DNA from: a virus
Length of the DNA stretch: 64,000 nt
Reading direction: 5' to 3' (one strand)
IMG/VR virus record: IMGVR_UViG_3300006310_000001
This document shows positions 9,602-18,883 of this stretch, piece after piece. The number at the start of each line of letters is the position of its first letter. Position 1 is the stretch's first letter. The notes beneath the pieces were generated by a model. That model had not been told where the DNA came from, searched no databases, and saw nothing but the letters and a program-made list of their open reading frames with translations. Made by a program: the position numbers and the translations under genes.

Positions 9602-9609
9602 TATTTATA
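9602..9609 (-). promoter_or_regulatory. late promoter TATAAATA driving the 9537->1285 block
   Basis: Exact consensus in an intergenic gap. Confidence 0.75.
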
Positions 9610-9667
9610 CTATTTTACTACGTGAAAAAGATTGATTACGATTTCACTAGATTGTCCCATCCAAAAC

Positions 9668-9676
9668 TGATAGTAT
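9668..9676 (+). promoter_or_regulatory. extended -10 sigma70-type promoter (TGnTAGTAT)
   Basis: Lies 6 nt before the ATG at 9683. Confidence 0.4.
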
Positions 9677-9682
9677 ATACAT

Positions 9683-9883
9683 ATGAAACCACACGAAAAA
9701 GACTTTGACATTTTACAAGAGGAAATTCAAAAAGTTTTAGATAAAGCTGAAACGAAAATGAATACTCTTATAGATGATTATAGTACAAAGTATGAAGATG
9801 AAGATGACGCTGTACAAATTCAAACTTATGATTTAAGTTCTTTGTTCAGACAGTTATCTGACTTTGTTGAAGACCATATATAA
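9683..9883 (+). CDS. small acidic hypothetical protein, the only credible plus-strand gene
   Basis: Occupies an intergenic gap; stop abuts the stop of 9884-11299; 18 D/E versus 7 K/R. Confidence 0.6.
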   Translation: MKPHEKDFDILQEEIQKVLDKAETKMNTLIDDYSTKYEDEDDAVQIQTYDLSSLFRQLSDFVEDHI

Positions 9884-11299
9884 TTAAAAACATTCTTTAT
9901 CTAATAATTTTTTGAAATCTGGATGAAGAGTGCCAGTAAATTGTGGTTGTTGACCAAATTTACCTTTATATCTTAATTCTAAATCTAATACTTTTTGGTC
10001 GTCACCTTTCATTAACCACATTTTAATTTTTGCTGCCTTGTCTATTGTATCACCCTTAACAGGTTTACCGTCTTCATCTACTTCATCTCTCAATTTAATA
10101 TTCCAATTTTTATTCTTAAATTCTTTTTGCTGAATTCTATTATAACCACAAAGTAAAGTATTAATTGGAAAATTTGTTGAATCATTTATACTTACCCTAC
10201 CTTTTGGAGTAACTCTACCTATACCTTGTGTTACTTGAAAATCAAACTCCGATTCATCTACATCTTGTTTCTTTAATTTATTATATAAATTAACTTTTAA
10301 AATAACATCAATAAGTGCTTCTGCAAATTTTTCAGAATGCTCATCCAATATTTTTAGTACCCCTTGCCAATATTTACTTTTACCTCCACCATATAAAGCT
10401 TGATTAAAATACTGCCTCACTTTCCATTTAGCTTCTGGATATTCTTCTTTAGGTATTGCAAATAATATTTCTGCTAATTTTTTATCTCCCGCCAACGACA
10501 TATTAAAAACTGGTTTTACTATTCCACCATTTTTTATAGATATTAGTCTTATATTTCCAGACTTAAATGGATGTTTAATTTTCATATTAAATATATCTTC
10601 ATCACTTGTTGGCATTGTCATCCCTCTCAATTGCAATAATTTACCTTTTCCAATTATTTTTTTAAGTAACCCAGCAAAAAATTTATGTTTTTGTTTGTCA
10701 AGTACTTCCAATAATTTCTCAAAATCTTTATCACCTGCCACAACTGTATCAAAAGCTTTATTAATAAGTGGTGGTGGTTTCGCTGCTGGTGTAGGTTTTT
10801 TCTTTAAAGAAATACCATAATATTTTTTTACTTTTGCTTTAGCAGAATTATTTTCAACCAATATATCAGCAGAATTATAATTAAAACTTCCTTCTGGTAA
10901 AGAAAACTTTTCAATCTCACTCGGCCATTTAGAGCCAGTCATAAAAACTTTTTTAGTTGGTTGAGTACCACCTTTTTTTCTAGCAAAACCACGAATACCT
11001 AATGCCGCTGATAAACCAACAGCAAAATTATCTAATACTTTATTATCTGGATTACTTGCTTTCTTGTCAGTAATTAAATTCATAAACCCTTGTTGTTGGC
11101 TACCATCTGTAAAAACAACCTGCCCAACTTTAGCTTTAGGTTTACCAATCTTCATAAGTGATTTAGCTTCTTCTAGTTTTGCTAATAAATCATCCCTAGT
11201 TAATTCACCTGAATTAAATCCTGACTGTAATTCTTTTAGTTCATCTGTAGTGAACATTAATGCTGCCGCTGTACAGATTTCTGAAATTTCGTATGCCAT
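9884..11299 (-). CDS. hypothetical protein, possible PD-(D/E)xK nuclease
   Basis: N-terminal E, NSADILV and YGISLKK motifs; own late promoter. Confidence 0.45.
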   Translation of the reverse strand: MAYEISEICTAAALMFTTDELKELQSGFNSGELTRDDLLAKLEEAKSLMKIGKPKAKVGQVVFTDGSQQQGFMNLITDKKASNPDNKVLDNFAVGLSAALGIRGFARKKGGTQPTKKVFMTGSKWPSEIEKFSLPEGSFNYNSADILVENNSAKAKVKKYYGISLKKKPTPAAKPPPLINKAFDTVVAGDKDFEKLLEVLDKQKHKFFAGLLKKIIGKGKLLQLRGMTMPTSDEDIFNMKIKHPFKSGNIRLISIKNGGIVKPVFNMSLAGDKKLAEILFAIPKEEYPEAKWKVRQYFNQALYGGGKSKYWQGVLKILDEHSEKFAEALIDVILKVNLYNKLKKQDVDESEFDFQVTQGIGRVTPKGRVSINDSTNFPINTLLCGYNRIQQKEFKNKNWNIKLRDEVDEDGKPVKGDTIDKAAKIKMWLMKGDDQKVLDLELRYKGKFGQQPQFTGTLHPDFKKLLDKECF

Positions 11300-11314
11300 A
11301 TTCTCTCCTATGAC

Positions 11315-11322
11315 TATTTATA
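11315..11322 (-). promoter_or_regulatory. late promoter TATAAATA
   Basis: Exact consensus just upstream of 11299. Confidence 0.7.
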
Positions 11323-11328
11323 TTGGAA

Positions 11329-11586
11329 TTATTTAGATTGGAAACACAGGTGTTTAACTATACCACCGTTCTCTTGCCAGACTTTATTCTTATTTTGGAA
11401 CTTCGCTAACTTGTCAGCATCCTCTTCAAAAAAGAATTCTGATAATACAGAACCAGTTGGTTTCTCTATGACGTGCCAAACTATTTTCTTACCTTTCTTA
11501 ACTAACTTCTTTTCGTAAGAAAGTTTATAGGTATACTTTGCTGGTCTCTTATCGCCTCTACTGAACCTTACTTTTTGTTTTTTCAT
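11329..11586 (-). CDS. basic hypothetical protein (85 aa)
   Basis: Coupled ORF overlapping the upstream stop. Confidence 0.65.
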   Translation of the reverse strand: MKKQKVRFSRGDKRPAKYTYKLSYEKKLVKKGKKIVWHVIEKPTGSVLSEFFFEEDADKLAKFQNKNKVWQENGGIVKHLCFQSK

Positions 11587-12224
11587 ATACTTTCCAAATA
11601 ATAATAACTACATCCTTGACCGTGCATTCCATAGTTAGGATCATATATTTTATGTTTAACATTAAAATAATTTTTAATGTGATTAGTAAATACAAACTGA
11701 CTATACCCAAACACAGGCATAGTTAAGTCTTCATTTATAGTAAAAATAGGATTAGATGTATGGTCTTCCTTATTGAAAACTCTAATAAACATTTTTCCTG
11801 AATTTTTTAATATTCTATGATACTCTTTTATAATGGATAGAGTATCTTCTGGATAGTTCACGTGGAAAGCTCCAGCGTCAATAAGAAAATCAAAACTATT
11901 TTCTTCAATCTCATCTAATTTTCTTATATCTCCAACAAGAAATTTTCCTTTTGGTAAACGCTTTTGAGTTCTTTCTATCACCGTTTGTGAAAAATCTACA
12001 CCTGTTACCTCAAACCCCTCGGCTATAAGCCATTCAGAATTTCTACCATCTGCACATCCACAATCCAAAACCTTTAAATTTTTTTCAAAATTATAATACT
12101 TTATAAAATCAACCACGTGACCATCTTGTAGCTTTCGCTCCATACTAGGATTTTTATAATCCCAAGGTCCACCAGTTGGGTGTTGTTTAAAAAATTTATC
12201 CCATTCTTCAACTAAACTTTTCAT
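11583..12224 (-). CDS. class I SAM-dependent methyltransferase (small-molecule/protein type)
   Basis: VLDCGCADGRN, GVDFS, GDI and FDFLID motifs. Confidence 0.85.
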   Translation of the reverse strand: MKSLVEEWDKFFKQHPTGGPWDYKNPSMERKLQDGHVVDFIKYYNFEKNLKVLDCGCADGRNSEWLIAEGFEVTGVDFSQTVIERTQKRLPKGKFLVGDIRKLDEIEENSFDFLIDAGAFHVNYPEDTLSIIKEYHRILKNSGKMFIRVFNKEDHTSNPIFTINEDLTMPVFGYSQFVFTNHIKNYFNVKHKIYDPNYGMHGQGCSYYYLESI

Positions 12225-12409
12225 ATCATCTTACTACTATCTATTAATTGTGGTTCTTGTTTTTTCTTCACTACTTTTTTTACTACCTTCTTTTCTTTTT
12301 TCTTTTTCTTTGCACCAAAGATTCTTTCGTGTCCATCTTTGTATGCTTTATTTACTGGTCTCCAAGCACCATCAAATACTTTTCCTTTAACGCCTACTTT
12401 CATTCCCAT
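12221..12409 (-). CDS. small basic hypothetical protein
   Basis: Coupled ORF; DGAWRP...Y..RIFG pattern. Confidence 0.6.
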   Translation of the reverse strand: MGMKVGVKGKVFDGAWRPVNKAYKDGHERIFGAKKKKKEKKVVKKVVKKKQEPQLIDSSKMI

Positions 12410-12410
12410 A

Positions 12411-12932
12411 TTACTTCCAATATGTGTTAAAACTTAATACAGTCCTTTCTTTACTTTTATTAATACTATCTCCTGAACCGTGCATTAAAAAACTCGGCCA
12501 CATTGCCATCATTCCTTTTGTAGGTGTTATTTGATAAGTTTCTTTTGTAAAAGAAAAAGGGTTTTGAAAAACTAACTTGCTACTATTTTCATCTACTTTT
12601 AAAAATATAACACCAGAGCAAATTGAATTAGGATGACTATGATAGTTTAGTGTACTATCTTCACCTTGTATATTGCACCAAGAGTCTTGCATTCTTTGAT
12701 TGGGTGTATAAACTTCGTTCATAATTTTATCTTCTATATCTTTATGATAGTCTAAAATATAAGCATTGCCTCCCATATTAACATATGTTGTTTTAGCATT
12801 ACCTTTAAAGTAATCATACTGCCCTAAATCTTCTTTATTAATGCTATTAATTAATTTATCTATTTCTGTATCATTTAGAAAATTATATTTCTCATATATA
12901 TCTACTGTAAAAATAGTTTTCTTTCTCATCAT
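12411..12932 (-). CDS. 2OG-Fe(II) oxygenase-like protein
   Basis: SWCN, HSHPNS (HxH), FPSFLMH and RTVLSFN. Confidence 0.75.
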   Translation of the reverse strand: MMRKKTIFTVDIYEKYNFLNDTEIDKLINSINKEDLGQYDYFKGNAKTTYVNMGGNAYILDYHKDIEDKIMNEVYTPNQRMQDSWCNIQGEDSTLNYHSHPNSICSGVIFLKVDENSSKLVFQNPFSFTKETYQITPTKGMMAMWPSFLMHGSGDSINKSKERTVLSFNTYWK

Positions 12933-14296
12933 ACTTTAAAATCTGAAAACTTATCGTAAGCAGTTTTCTCTTCTTTTGTTTCCTTTTGATTAGAGTCAAC
13001 TATGTTTTGTGCTGTTTGACCTACATCATACAATCTCATTTTAGGTCTATCAACCCCTATAATAAATGACCTATTAATTCCTGGGTCATTATATCTATTC
13101 TTCAATTGTTTAATCTTTAACTGACCTAATGCTTCTAAATCATCATTGGATATTATTGCAAACATAAAGTCTGCTGTTGCTGGCAATCCAAAACTTTCTG
13201 CCGTATCTTCTAGTCCTATGTCTGTACTCATAAATCCAGTTCTTGTTGTTTGTGTAGCAGAAAACAAAGGTACATTAAATTCTACTGCAAGTCCTCTTAA
13301 TTCTTCTGCAATTGCTTTGATATAGAAATAAGAACCTATGTTGCCACCTTTAAATCTACTTGACGCACATATATTTAAATAATCTATGAACACTACATCT
13401 GCTTTAAAACTTTTCTTTAATGCAAGTTCATTAAACAATGCTCTAAAGTGTCCACTATGAGCAGCGGCAGTTGGATATTCTTTAATAATTAATTTACCAC
13501 CAGTCTTCTTTCTTATCTTATCTATCTTATTATCATATAACTCTTTTGGCATTGTATGTAAATCGTCCATAGTTACATCTAATAAGTTTGCGTCAATTCT
13601 TTCAGCAATTCTTTCTTCTGCCATTTCTAAAGTGATATACAATACATTTAAACCTTGTGCCAAATAAGCACTTGCACAATGACACATAAACAAAGACTTA
13701 CCTACACCTGTACCTGCCAATGCAATATTCAAAGTCTTACTTGGAACACCACCCTTGGTTGCTCTATTCATATAATCTAAATCAAATTGATATTTTGTTT
13801 CTTTAGTATGATACCATTTAAATCTTCTATCAGCGTCATCTATATAATCGTGACCAATATGTTGGTCAAATGATACTGCTAATGCGTCTGCTAGTATGCC
13901 TGGTATCGCTTCTGGCGTTCTCTTGCTATCTTTCTTATCTAATATTCTAATACCATCTAGTACAGCATTATGTACTGCTCTATCTTTACAAAACTTTTCT
14001 GTAGTATCTAACAACCATTGTGGATCGGAATCTAATTTAGTTATAGAATTAATATTATCTTTTAATGTATTATGTTCATCTTCATTAACATCTTTTCTTT
14101 GTCCTAATTCAATTAAGATTGCTTCTTTTGTTGGAAGATTATTATACTTCTCAACAAACTTATATATTTCTGTAAATAAAATCTTATCAGTTCTTAATGG
14201 AAAATAATCTTCTTTTAAAAAAGGCAATACTTTTCTAGCATACTCTTCTTGAAAGAAGAGGTTATTTAATATAGTTGTTTCTAATCTTTCGCTCAT
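12929..14296 (-). CDS. 41: replicative DNA helicase gp41
   Basis: LAGTGVGKS, TLEMAEE, IIKEYPT, DYLNI and QLKNRY. Confidence 0.95.
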   Translation of the reverse strand: MSERLETTILNNLFFQEEYARKVLPFLKEDYFPLRTDKILFTEIYKFVEKYNNLPTKEAILIELGQRKDVNEDEHNTLKDNINSITKLDSDPQWLLDTTEKFCKDRAVHNAVLDGIRILDKKDSKRTPEAIPGILADALAVSFDQHIGHDYIDDADRRFKWYHTKETKYQFDLDYMNRATKGGVPSKTLNIALAGTGVGKSLFMCHCASAYLAQGLNVLYITLEMAEERIAERIDANLLDVTMDDLHTMPKELYDNKIDKIRKKTGGKLIIKEYPTAAAHSGHFRALFNELALKKSFKADVVFIDYLNICASSRFKGGNIGSYFYIKAIAEELRGLAVEFNVPLFSATQTTRTGFMSTDIGLEDTAESFGLPATADFMFAIISNDDLEALGQLKIKQLKNRYNDPGINRSFIIGVDRPKMRLYDVGQTAQNIVDSNQKETKEEKTAYDKFSDFKV

Positions 14297-14847
14297 ACGT
14301 AATGCAAATAACTTCCTATTATATATTTTGGTTCTTCTATTGGTTTATGTCCTATATGTTTATGAGTCCACAAAGGTGGAAACATTAATAATCTACCTGG
14401 CTTTGGTTCAACTTTCAAATCATATTCAGGAAAAGAGGTTTGACCTCCCTTATTTTTTTTTAAATATAAAAAGAATACAAGAAATCTTTTTGCACTTGCA
14501 TAGTCCATAACATCAACGTGTTCTTTAAATTCATCTTGATTATTAACTTCATATTTCTTAAAACGGATTTGTTCAAATCCAAATTTATTCGGCCATTGGT
14601 GCGTCATATCTATATTATTATCTTCACAATACTTATCAACATATGGTCTTAATACTTTGTATATTATGTCCACATATTCTTGCCAATCTGAATGTAAATT
14701 TATATTAATTTCTGTAAAAGACCTATGACCTTTTAATTCTGTTTTAGTCCATTGATGTTTTGAATCTTCAAACTTATCAATCAAATGTTGACATTGATTT
14801 GGTTCTAATGCACCATCATAAACATTAATAAAATTTTTATTTTCCAC
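14293..14847 (-). CDS. 2OG-Fe(II) oxygenase (prolyl-hydroxylase-like)
   Basis: HVD, FFLYL, GGQTSF, FPPLWTHKH and KYIIGSY. Confidence 0.85.
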   Translation of the reverse strand: MENKNFINVYDGALEPNQCQHLIDKFEDSKHQWTKTELKGHRSFTEININLHSDWQEYVDIIYKVLRPYVDKYCEDNNIDMTHQWPNKFGFEQIRFKKYEVNNQDEFKEHVDVMDYASAKRFLVFFLYLKKNKGGQTSFPEYDLKVEPKPGRLLMFPPLWTHKHIGHKPIEEPKYIIGSYLHYV

Positions 14848-15145
14848 TTTTTATTTTCTCATCTAATAATTCTATCAATAAGTCACCAATATAATCTATA
14901 AATTCTTTATTGTCAAGTGTATCCATATCATTGGGATTTTTTATTACTGTATAATCAAACTTCATAGGCAAAGTTCCATCTGGATTCTCATCTTTTCCAA
15001 ACCCAACCTTGCCGTAATGGAAGATTATATCTTTATATTTACCTTCTGTTATTTTGATACAAGAGAAATCATCTTTATCTCTTTGTACAAATACGTAAGG
15101 TTTACTCTTCTGATCCGTAGGTAAATTTGTGTCTTGCGTGTTCAT
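14837..15145 (-). CDS. conserved hypothetical protein between uvsX and gp41
   Basis: Coupled ORF; occupies the position of T4 gp40 but no recognisable similarity. Confidence 0.6.
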   Translation of the reverse strand: MNTQDTNLPTDQKSKPYVFVQRDKDDFSCIKITEGKYKDIIFHYGKVGFGKDENPDGTLPMKFDYTVIKNPNDMDTLDNKEFIDYIGDLLIELLDEKIKSGK

Positions 15146-16124
15146 CTATCTTATCTAATACTTCCTTTGTAAAATACTTATCTGGATTATCATTAACTTG
15201 TTTACCAAATACTTTAGAACCATCTGGCATTTCATATCTTGTTGATACTTTCTTAAAGATACCTGCCTCTTCTCCTAGTTCTAATAGTCCATAATGCTTA
15301 TCCAAACCGTGTTTATAAGTTAACTTAACATCCACTTTAGCATTTTCTTTAGTAATTCTTGATTTATATATTTTACAATGAATAATATTTCCAATAACCT
15401 CGGTACCCAATTTCTCTTTTCGTTTACCAAGATAGATGATTGTTGAAGCAGCGTATTTCAATCCTGAACCGCCACCCATTTCTTTTTGTGGGAACATTGA
15501 ACCAATAACATCATACGTGTGATTGGTCATTAACAAAGGAACATTTGCTTGTCCTAGTTTAAGTGTTAAAACTCTAAATGTAGATTTGACAATTTGTGAC
15601 CTTGTCATATCTCTTGTTTCTTTACCTTCTGCTGTGTCTGTCATTTCTTTTGTAGTAGATAGCATTCCTAAACTATCTAACACAAACATTAAAGGTTGTC
15701 TATCTTTTTCTTCTTGTTCTAAATATTTGTCTACTATTTTAATTGCCTGCGCTCTAAATTCTTGTACTGTTGATACTGGTACTACTACAACTCTTTTACT
15801 ATCAACACCTCTTGACTCTATCATATCTTTTGATACTGCATTTTCTGATTCAAACAGAACAACGCCTGCGTCTTTGTCTTTATCTAAAAATCGTTTGAGA
15901 ATACCTAATGCGAAAAATGTTTTACCAGTTGCTGCCTCACCTGCAATTGCTGTAATACGGTTGCCTGGTAACCCACCGTAAATTGAACCTGAAAGAAGAG
16001 CATTAAAAGAATAAGAACCTGTATCTATAAATGAAGTTACATCACCTGCTGTGATACCTTCACTTGCTAAACTAGCAAATTCATTTCCTGTTTCTTTAAT
16101 AATCTCTTTTAGAAAGTCTTTCAT
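15102..16124 (-). CDS. uvsX: RecA-like recombinase UvsX
   Basis: [19 protein letters not shown] and GGGSG motifs. Confidence 0.95.
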   Translation of the reverse strand: MKDFLKEIIKETGNEFASLASEGITAGDVTSFIDTGSYSFNALLSGSIYGGLPGNRITAIAGEAATGKTFFALGILKRFLDKDKDAGVVLFESENAVSKDMIESRGVDSKRVVVVPVSTVQEFRAQAIKIVDKYLEQEEKDRQPLMFVLDSLGMLSTTKEMTDTAEGKETRDMTRSQIVKSTFRVLTLKLGQANVPLLMTNHTYDVIGSMFPQKEMGGGSGLKYAASTIIYLGKRKEKLGTEVIGNIIHCKIYKSRITKENAKVDVKLTYKHGLDKHYGLLELGEEAGIFKKVSTRYEMPDGSKVFGKQVNDNPDKYFTKEVLDKIDEHARHKFTYGSEE

Positions 16125-16269
16125 ACTCTTTATATTCCTCTTCTGAATAATTTAATACATAAAATTTTATATTATTAATATAACATAATTCCTTCACCGA
16201 GTCAAGTTCCTTTGGTAGAAAGTTATGACTAATGTAATCATCTGGTCTTCTATAAATCGTTATTCTCAC
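16096..16269 (-). CDS. small hypothetical protein (57 aa, GTG start: [29 protein letters not shown]...)
   Basis: Hand-translated; fills the gap and overlaps both neighbours. Confidence 0.55.
   Translation of the reverse strand: MRITIYRRPDDYISHNFLPKELDSVKELCYINNIKFYVLNYSEEEYKEYERLSKRDY
16177..16205 (-). promoter_or_regulatory. sigma70-type promoter for uvsX
   Basis: TTGACT-N17-TATATT with TG extension. Confidence 0.6.
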
Positions 16270-16540
16270 GATACTTTTTCCATCCTAAAGGTATATACCA
16301 TAGTATAATAACTATCGGTATGGAAATAACAACCCAAAAGTGCTGTGGGTGTTTATAATATACCATCATACCAATAATACTTCCTATATCTATAACGCTA
16401 TGTATAGAAATCCACCAACCATAGGTTAGTTTCTCTATAATTTTCTTTCGTAAATTTCTTAAATAGGAACAGTAATGCCTTGACATAGCAAAACCATCAT
16501 TGATGATGAATATAACCAAACATAAATAAAAGTAATCCAT
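16250..16540 (-). CDS. small membrane protein
   Basis: Hydrophobic segments; late promoter upstream. Confidence 0.6.
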   Translation of the reverse strand: MDYFYLCLVIFIINDGFAMSRHYCSYLRNLRKKIIEKLTYGWWISIHSVIDIGSIIGMMVYYKHPQHFWVVISIPIVIILWYIPLGWKKYRENNDL

Positions 16541-16545
16541 ATTAT

Positions 16546-16553
16546 TATTTATA
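16546..16553 (-). promoter_or_regulatory. late promoter TATAAATA
   Basis: Exact consensus 5 nt before the ATG. Confidence 0.55.
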
Positions 16554-17778
16554 TAAACGCCTCTAACGTCCCTACTCTTGCGTGTTTAAATAAGTCTATC
16601 TTCTCTCCAAAACACCAAATATTCTCAATATAAGTCATTGCCATAAAGACATTCAACTCTTCTTTTGTTTTAAACTTTTTAGTACCTTGTGGTCTTTGCA
16701 TAATCCTCATACCAATTTGACCTAAAAACTTATCTTTAAATCTATCAACTAGTTCATCACTTGACCTATATCTAGTACCCTTAATCTTTGGATCCATAAT
16801 ATTAACAAACATAAATTTTGATTTACTCATTGTCTTTTCTGCAACTGGAAGATAAAAACTATCTCTCCATTTATCATACTCATTAAACTTATGCCAAGAT
16901 TGTAGTTCTTCTTTATCACCACCTTTATTATATTGTTCAGTACTAAAATAAGGTGGACTTGTAAACGCACAATCTATATCTGGTAGTTCGTTATAAGGTA
17001 AATCTTCTGCACCACAATTCCATATCTTAACAGTTTTATTTTTAAAGAATTTACTATACTCTTCTATTTGTTTTTGATAATTCTTATACGTATTTGGATT
17101 AGGGTCGCAACCATAATAATGTGTTGCCTTACTAGCAAAGAAACCAGCTAGTCTATCTCCCCAACCACAACTCGTATCTAATACTGTTTCTGCATTGGTC
17201 ATATCGTATATTGTTTTTGCAACAACTGGTTTAAATTGTGTTGCAACATATGTACCTAATCTTATTGCTTCTCTATAACTATTTGGTGATAAATCTTTGG
17301 TACTATTCACACCTCTCCATAATGCACCTAAACATTTCCATATATCTTTTGCATTACCATTTTTAAAAACTTCAATTGGTGCTCTAAAACTATAACTTGA
17401 ACAATTTAATCTTAACTCTTGATGAAAATAATTACTACACTTATTATATATTGATGGAGCGTCAATTAGTCCTAGACCATATTTTGAATAAGGATACTTA
17501 TAGTCATCATACTTTTCAAATATATCTTTATGACTTTGTTCATTAGGTGTACAAAGTTTGCTAGTATCAAACTTACTTAATTTTATTATATTATCTTTCA
17601 TAACATCATATGAAATTTTATTTAAAGGAAATTCTGGTCTATGTTCAGCAATATATTCTGCTAATAGTTCTCTAAATTTTTCTTTACCTATTTCATCTGT
17701 CCAATTTTTAAATTGAATAGAGTCCATAATAGGCAATCTATTTTCGTCTGCGAATTGTTTAAGGTCTAGGTTTTTCAT
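16549..17778 (-). CDS. DNA amino-methyltransferase (SPPY type, probably N4-C/N6-A)
   Basis: LDTSCGWGDRL (motif I), GCDPN and AFTSPPYF (motif IV). Confidence 0.75.
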   Translation of the reverse strand: MKNLDLKQFADENRLPIMDSIQFKNWTDEIGKEKFRELLAEYIAEHRPEFPLNKISYDVMKDNIIKLSKFDTSKLCTPNEQSHKDIFEKYDDYKYPYSKYGLGLIDAPSIYNKCSNYFHQELRLNCSSYSFRAPIEVFKNGNAKDIWKCLGALWRGVNSTKDLSPNSYREAIRLGTYVATQFKPVVAKTIYDMTNAETVLDTSCGWGDRLAGFFASKATHYYGCDPNPNTYKNYQKQIEEYSKFFKNKTVKIWNCGAEDLPYNELPDIDCAFTSPPYFSTEQYNKGGDKEELQSWHKFNEYDKWRDSFYLPVAEKTMSKSKFMFVNIMDPKIKGTRYRSSDELVDRFKDKFLGQIGMRIMQRPQGTKKFKTKEELNVFMAMTYIENIWCFGEKIDLFKHARVGTLEAFI

Positions 17779-17854
17779 TGTTCCACATTAATAATAAACA
17801 TAAAGGTATTGCATAAATTAATAATACAAATAACATTGATAATAAAATTGTCAT
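17759..17854 (-). CDS. 31-aa single-TM peptide (MTILLSMLFVLLIYAIPLCLLLMWNNEKPRP)
   Basis: Hand-translated; overlaps both neighbours (ATGA coupling). Confidence 0.5.
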   Translation of the reverse strand: MTILLSMLFVLLIYAIPLCLLLMWNNEKPRP

Positions 17855-18762
17855 ACAAAAAACGGATTCACTTTCTTTAATCTCTTCTCTATGTCTTTAA
17901 AATAATTCTTTTCTCTTTCTATCAAGTAATACTTACGACCTTCTAATAACGCCGCTTCACCAGTAGTACCTGTACCTGCAAATGGATCCAATACTGTTCC
18001 ATCTTTAGGTGTAACTAACTTAACAAGATATCTCATTAACTCTAATGGTTTAACTGTAGGGTGTTCTGTATTTCCTTTTTCTTTTTTACTTGCCTTGGCA
18101 CAATAAAAATACTTTGCCCATTCTTCATAATATGATCCATCGTGTATAACATTAGCAGGATATCTTCCTTCTATTTTTTCTCCTGTACCTGTTTTCTTTA
18201 AACCTAATTTATAAATTGCTTCTTTATGTTTTTTAGGTTCTCTTCTGTTTTTAGTTGTGTCCCACTCGTATCCAGGTACTCTACTCTCATCTATGTTTAA
18301 ACTTTTATTAACTCCTTTACGTGCCATTACTATAGGTTCGTGACCAGGTTTTAAATAGTTTTTTCTTTTAGGAAATCCACTACCATACATCCAATTAATC
18401 ATATCAAATATTTCAAACCCAGCGTCTTCTACTGCAACTGCCATTCTATGATAGTTTCTAGTGGCAGCAAATGATAAGAGTACTGCACCTGGTTTCATAA
18501 CTCTTAATACTTCTTTCCAAAAATCTTTATTAAATGCTATATCACCACCGTCCCAAGTCTGTCCCATAAATCCTTTCGCCGCTCTATGATAAGGTCCATT
18601 ACGTCCTTCTTTCTCATCTTTATTATTAATGCCTTTTTGACCTGGACCAAATCGTTTAAGTATAGACGCCAAATGATATGGTGGATCAGTTACACACGAA
18701 TCAAATCTATTATCTTCAAGTGTTTTTAAATGTTCTAAACTTTCTGCGTTTTTAATATCCAT
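17851..18762 (-). CDS. beta-class N6-A/N4-C DNA methyltransferase
   Basis: VTDPPY precedes HPTVKP and VLDPFAGTGTT. Confidence 0.9.
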   Translation of the reverse strand: MDIKNAESLEHLKTLEDNRFDSCVTDPPYHLASILKRFGPGQKGINNKDEKEGRNGPYHRAAKGFMGQTWDGGDIAFNKDFWKEVLRVMKPGAVLLSFAATRNYHRMAVAVEDAGFEIFDMINWMYGSGFPKRKNYLKPGHEPIVMARKGVNKSLNIDESRVPGYEWDTTKNRREPKKHKEAIYKLGLKKTGTGEKIEGRYPANVIHDGSYYEEWAKYFYCAKASKKEKGNTEHPTVKPLELMRYLVKLVTPKDGTVLDPFAGTGTTGEAALLEGRKYYLIEREKNYFKDIEKRLKKVNPFFV

Positions 18763-18883
18763 ATGCCTTACCTAAAAATCTCACTACTAATAAGAATATA
18801 ATAAACTGGTAGAGTTTTATATTAGTATTCTGTGCTAGAAAACCTCCAAACAATACAGCAAAAAACATTATAAAGTTATTCAT
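18752..18883 (-). CDS. 43-aa membrane peptide (MNNFIMFFAVLFGGFLAQ...)
   Basis: Hand-translated; fills the gap and overlaps both neighbours. Confidence 0.5.
   Translation of the reverse strand: MNNFIMFFAVLFGGFLAQNTNIKLYQFIIFLLVVRFLGKAYGY

Noticed and set aside
14837-15145. gp40 (head vertex chaperone) by position
   Set aside because: No recognisable sequence similarity; left as hypothetical.
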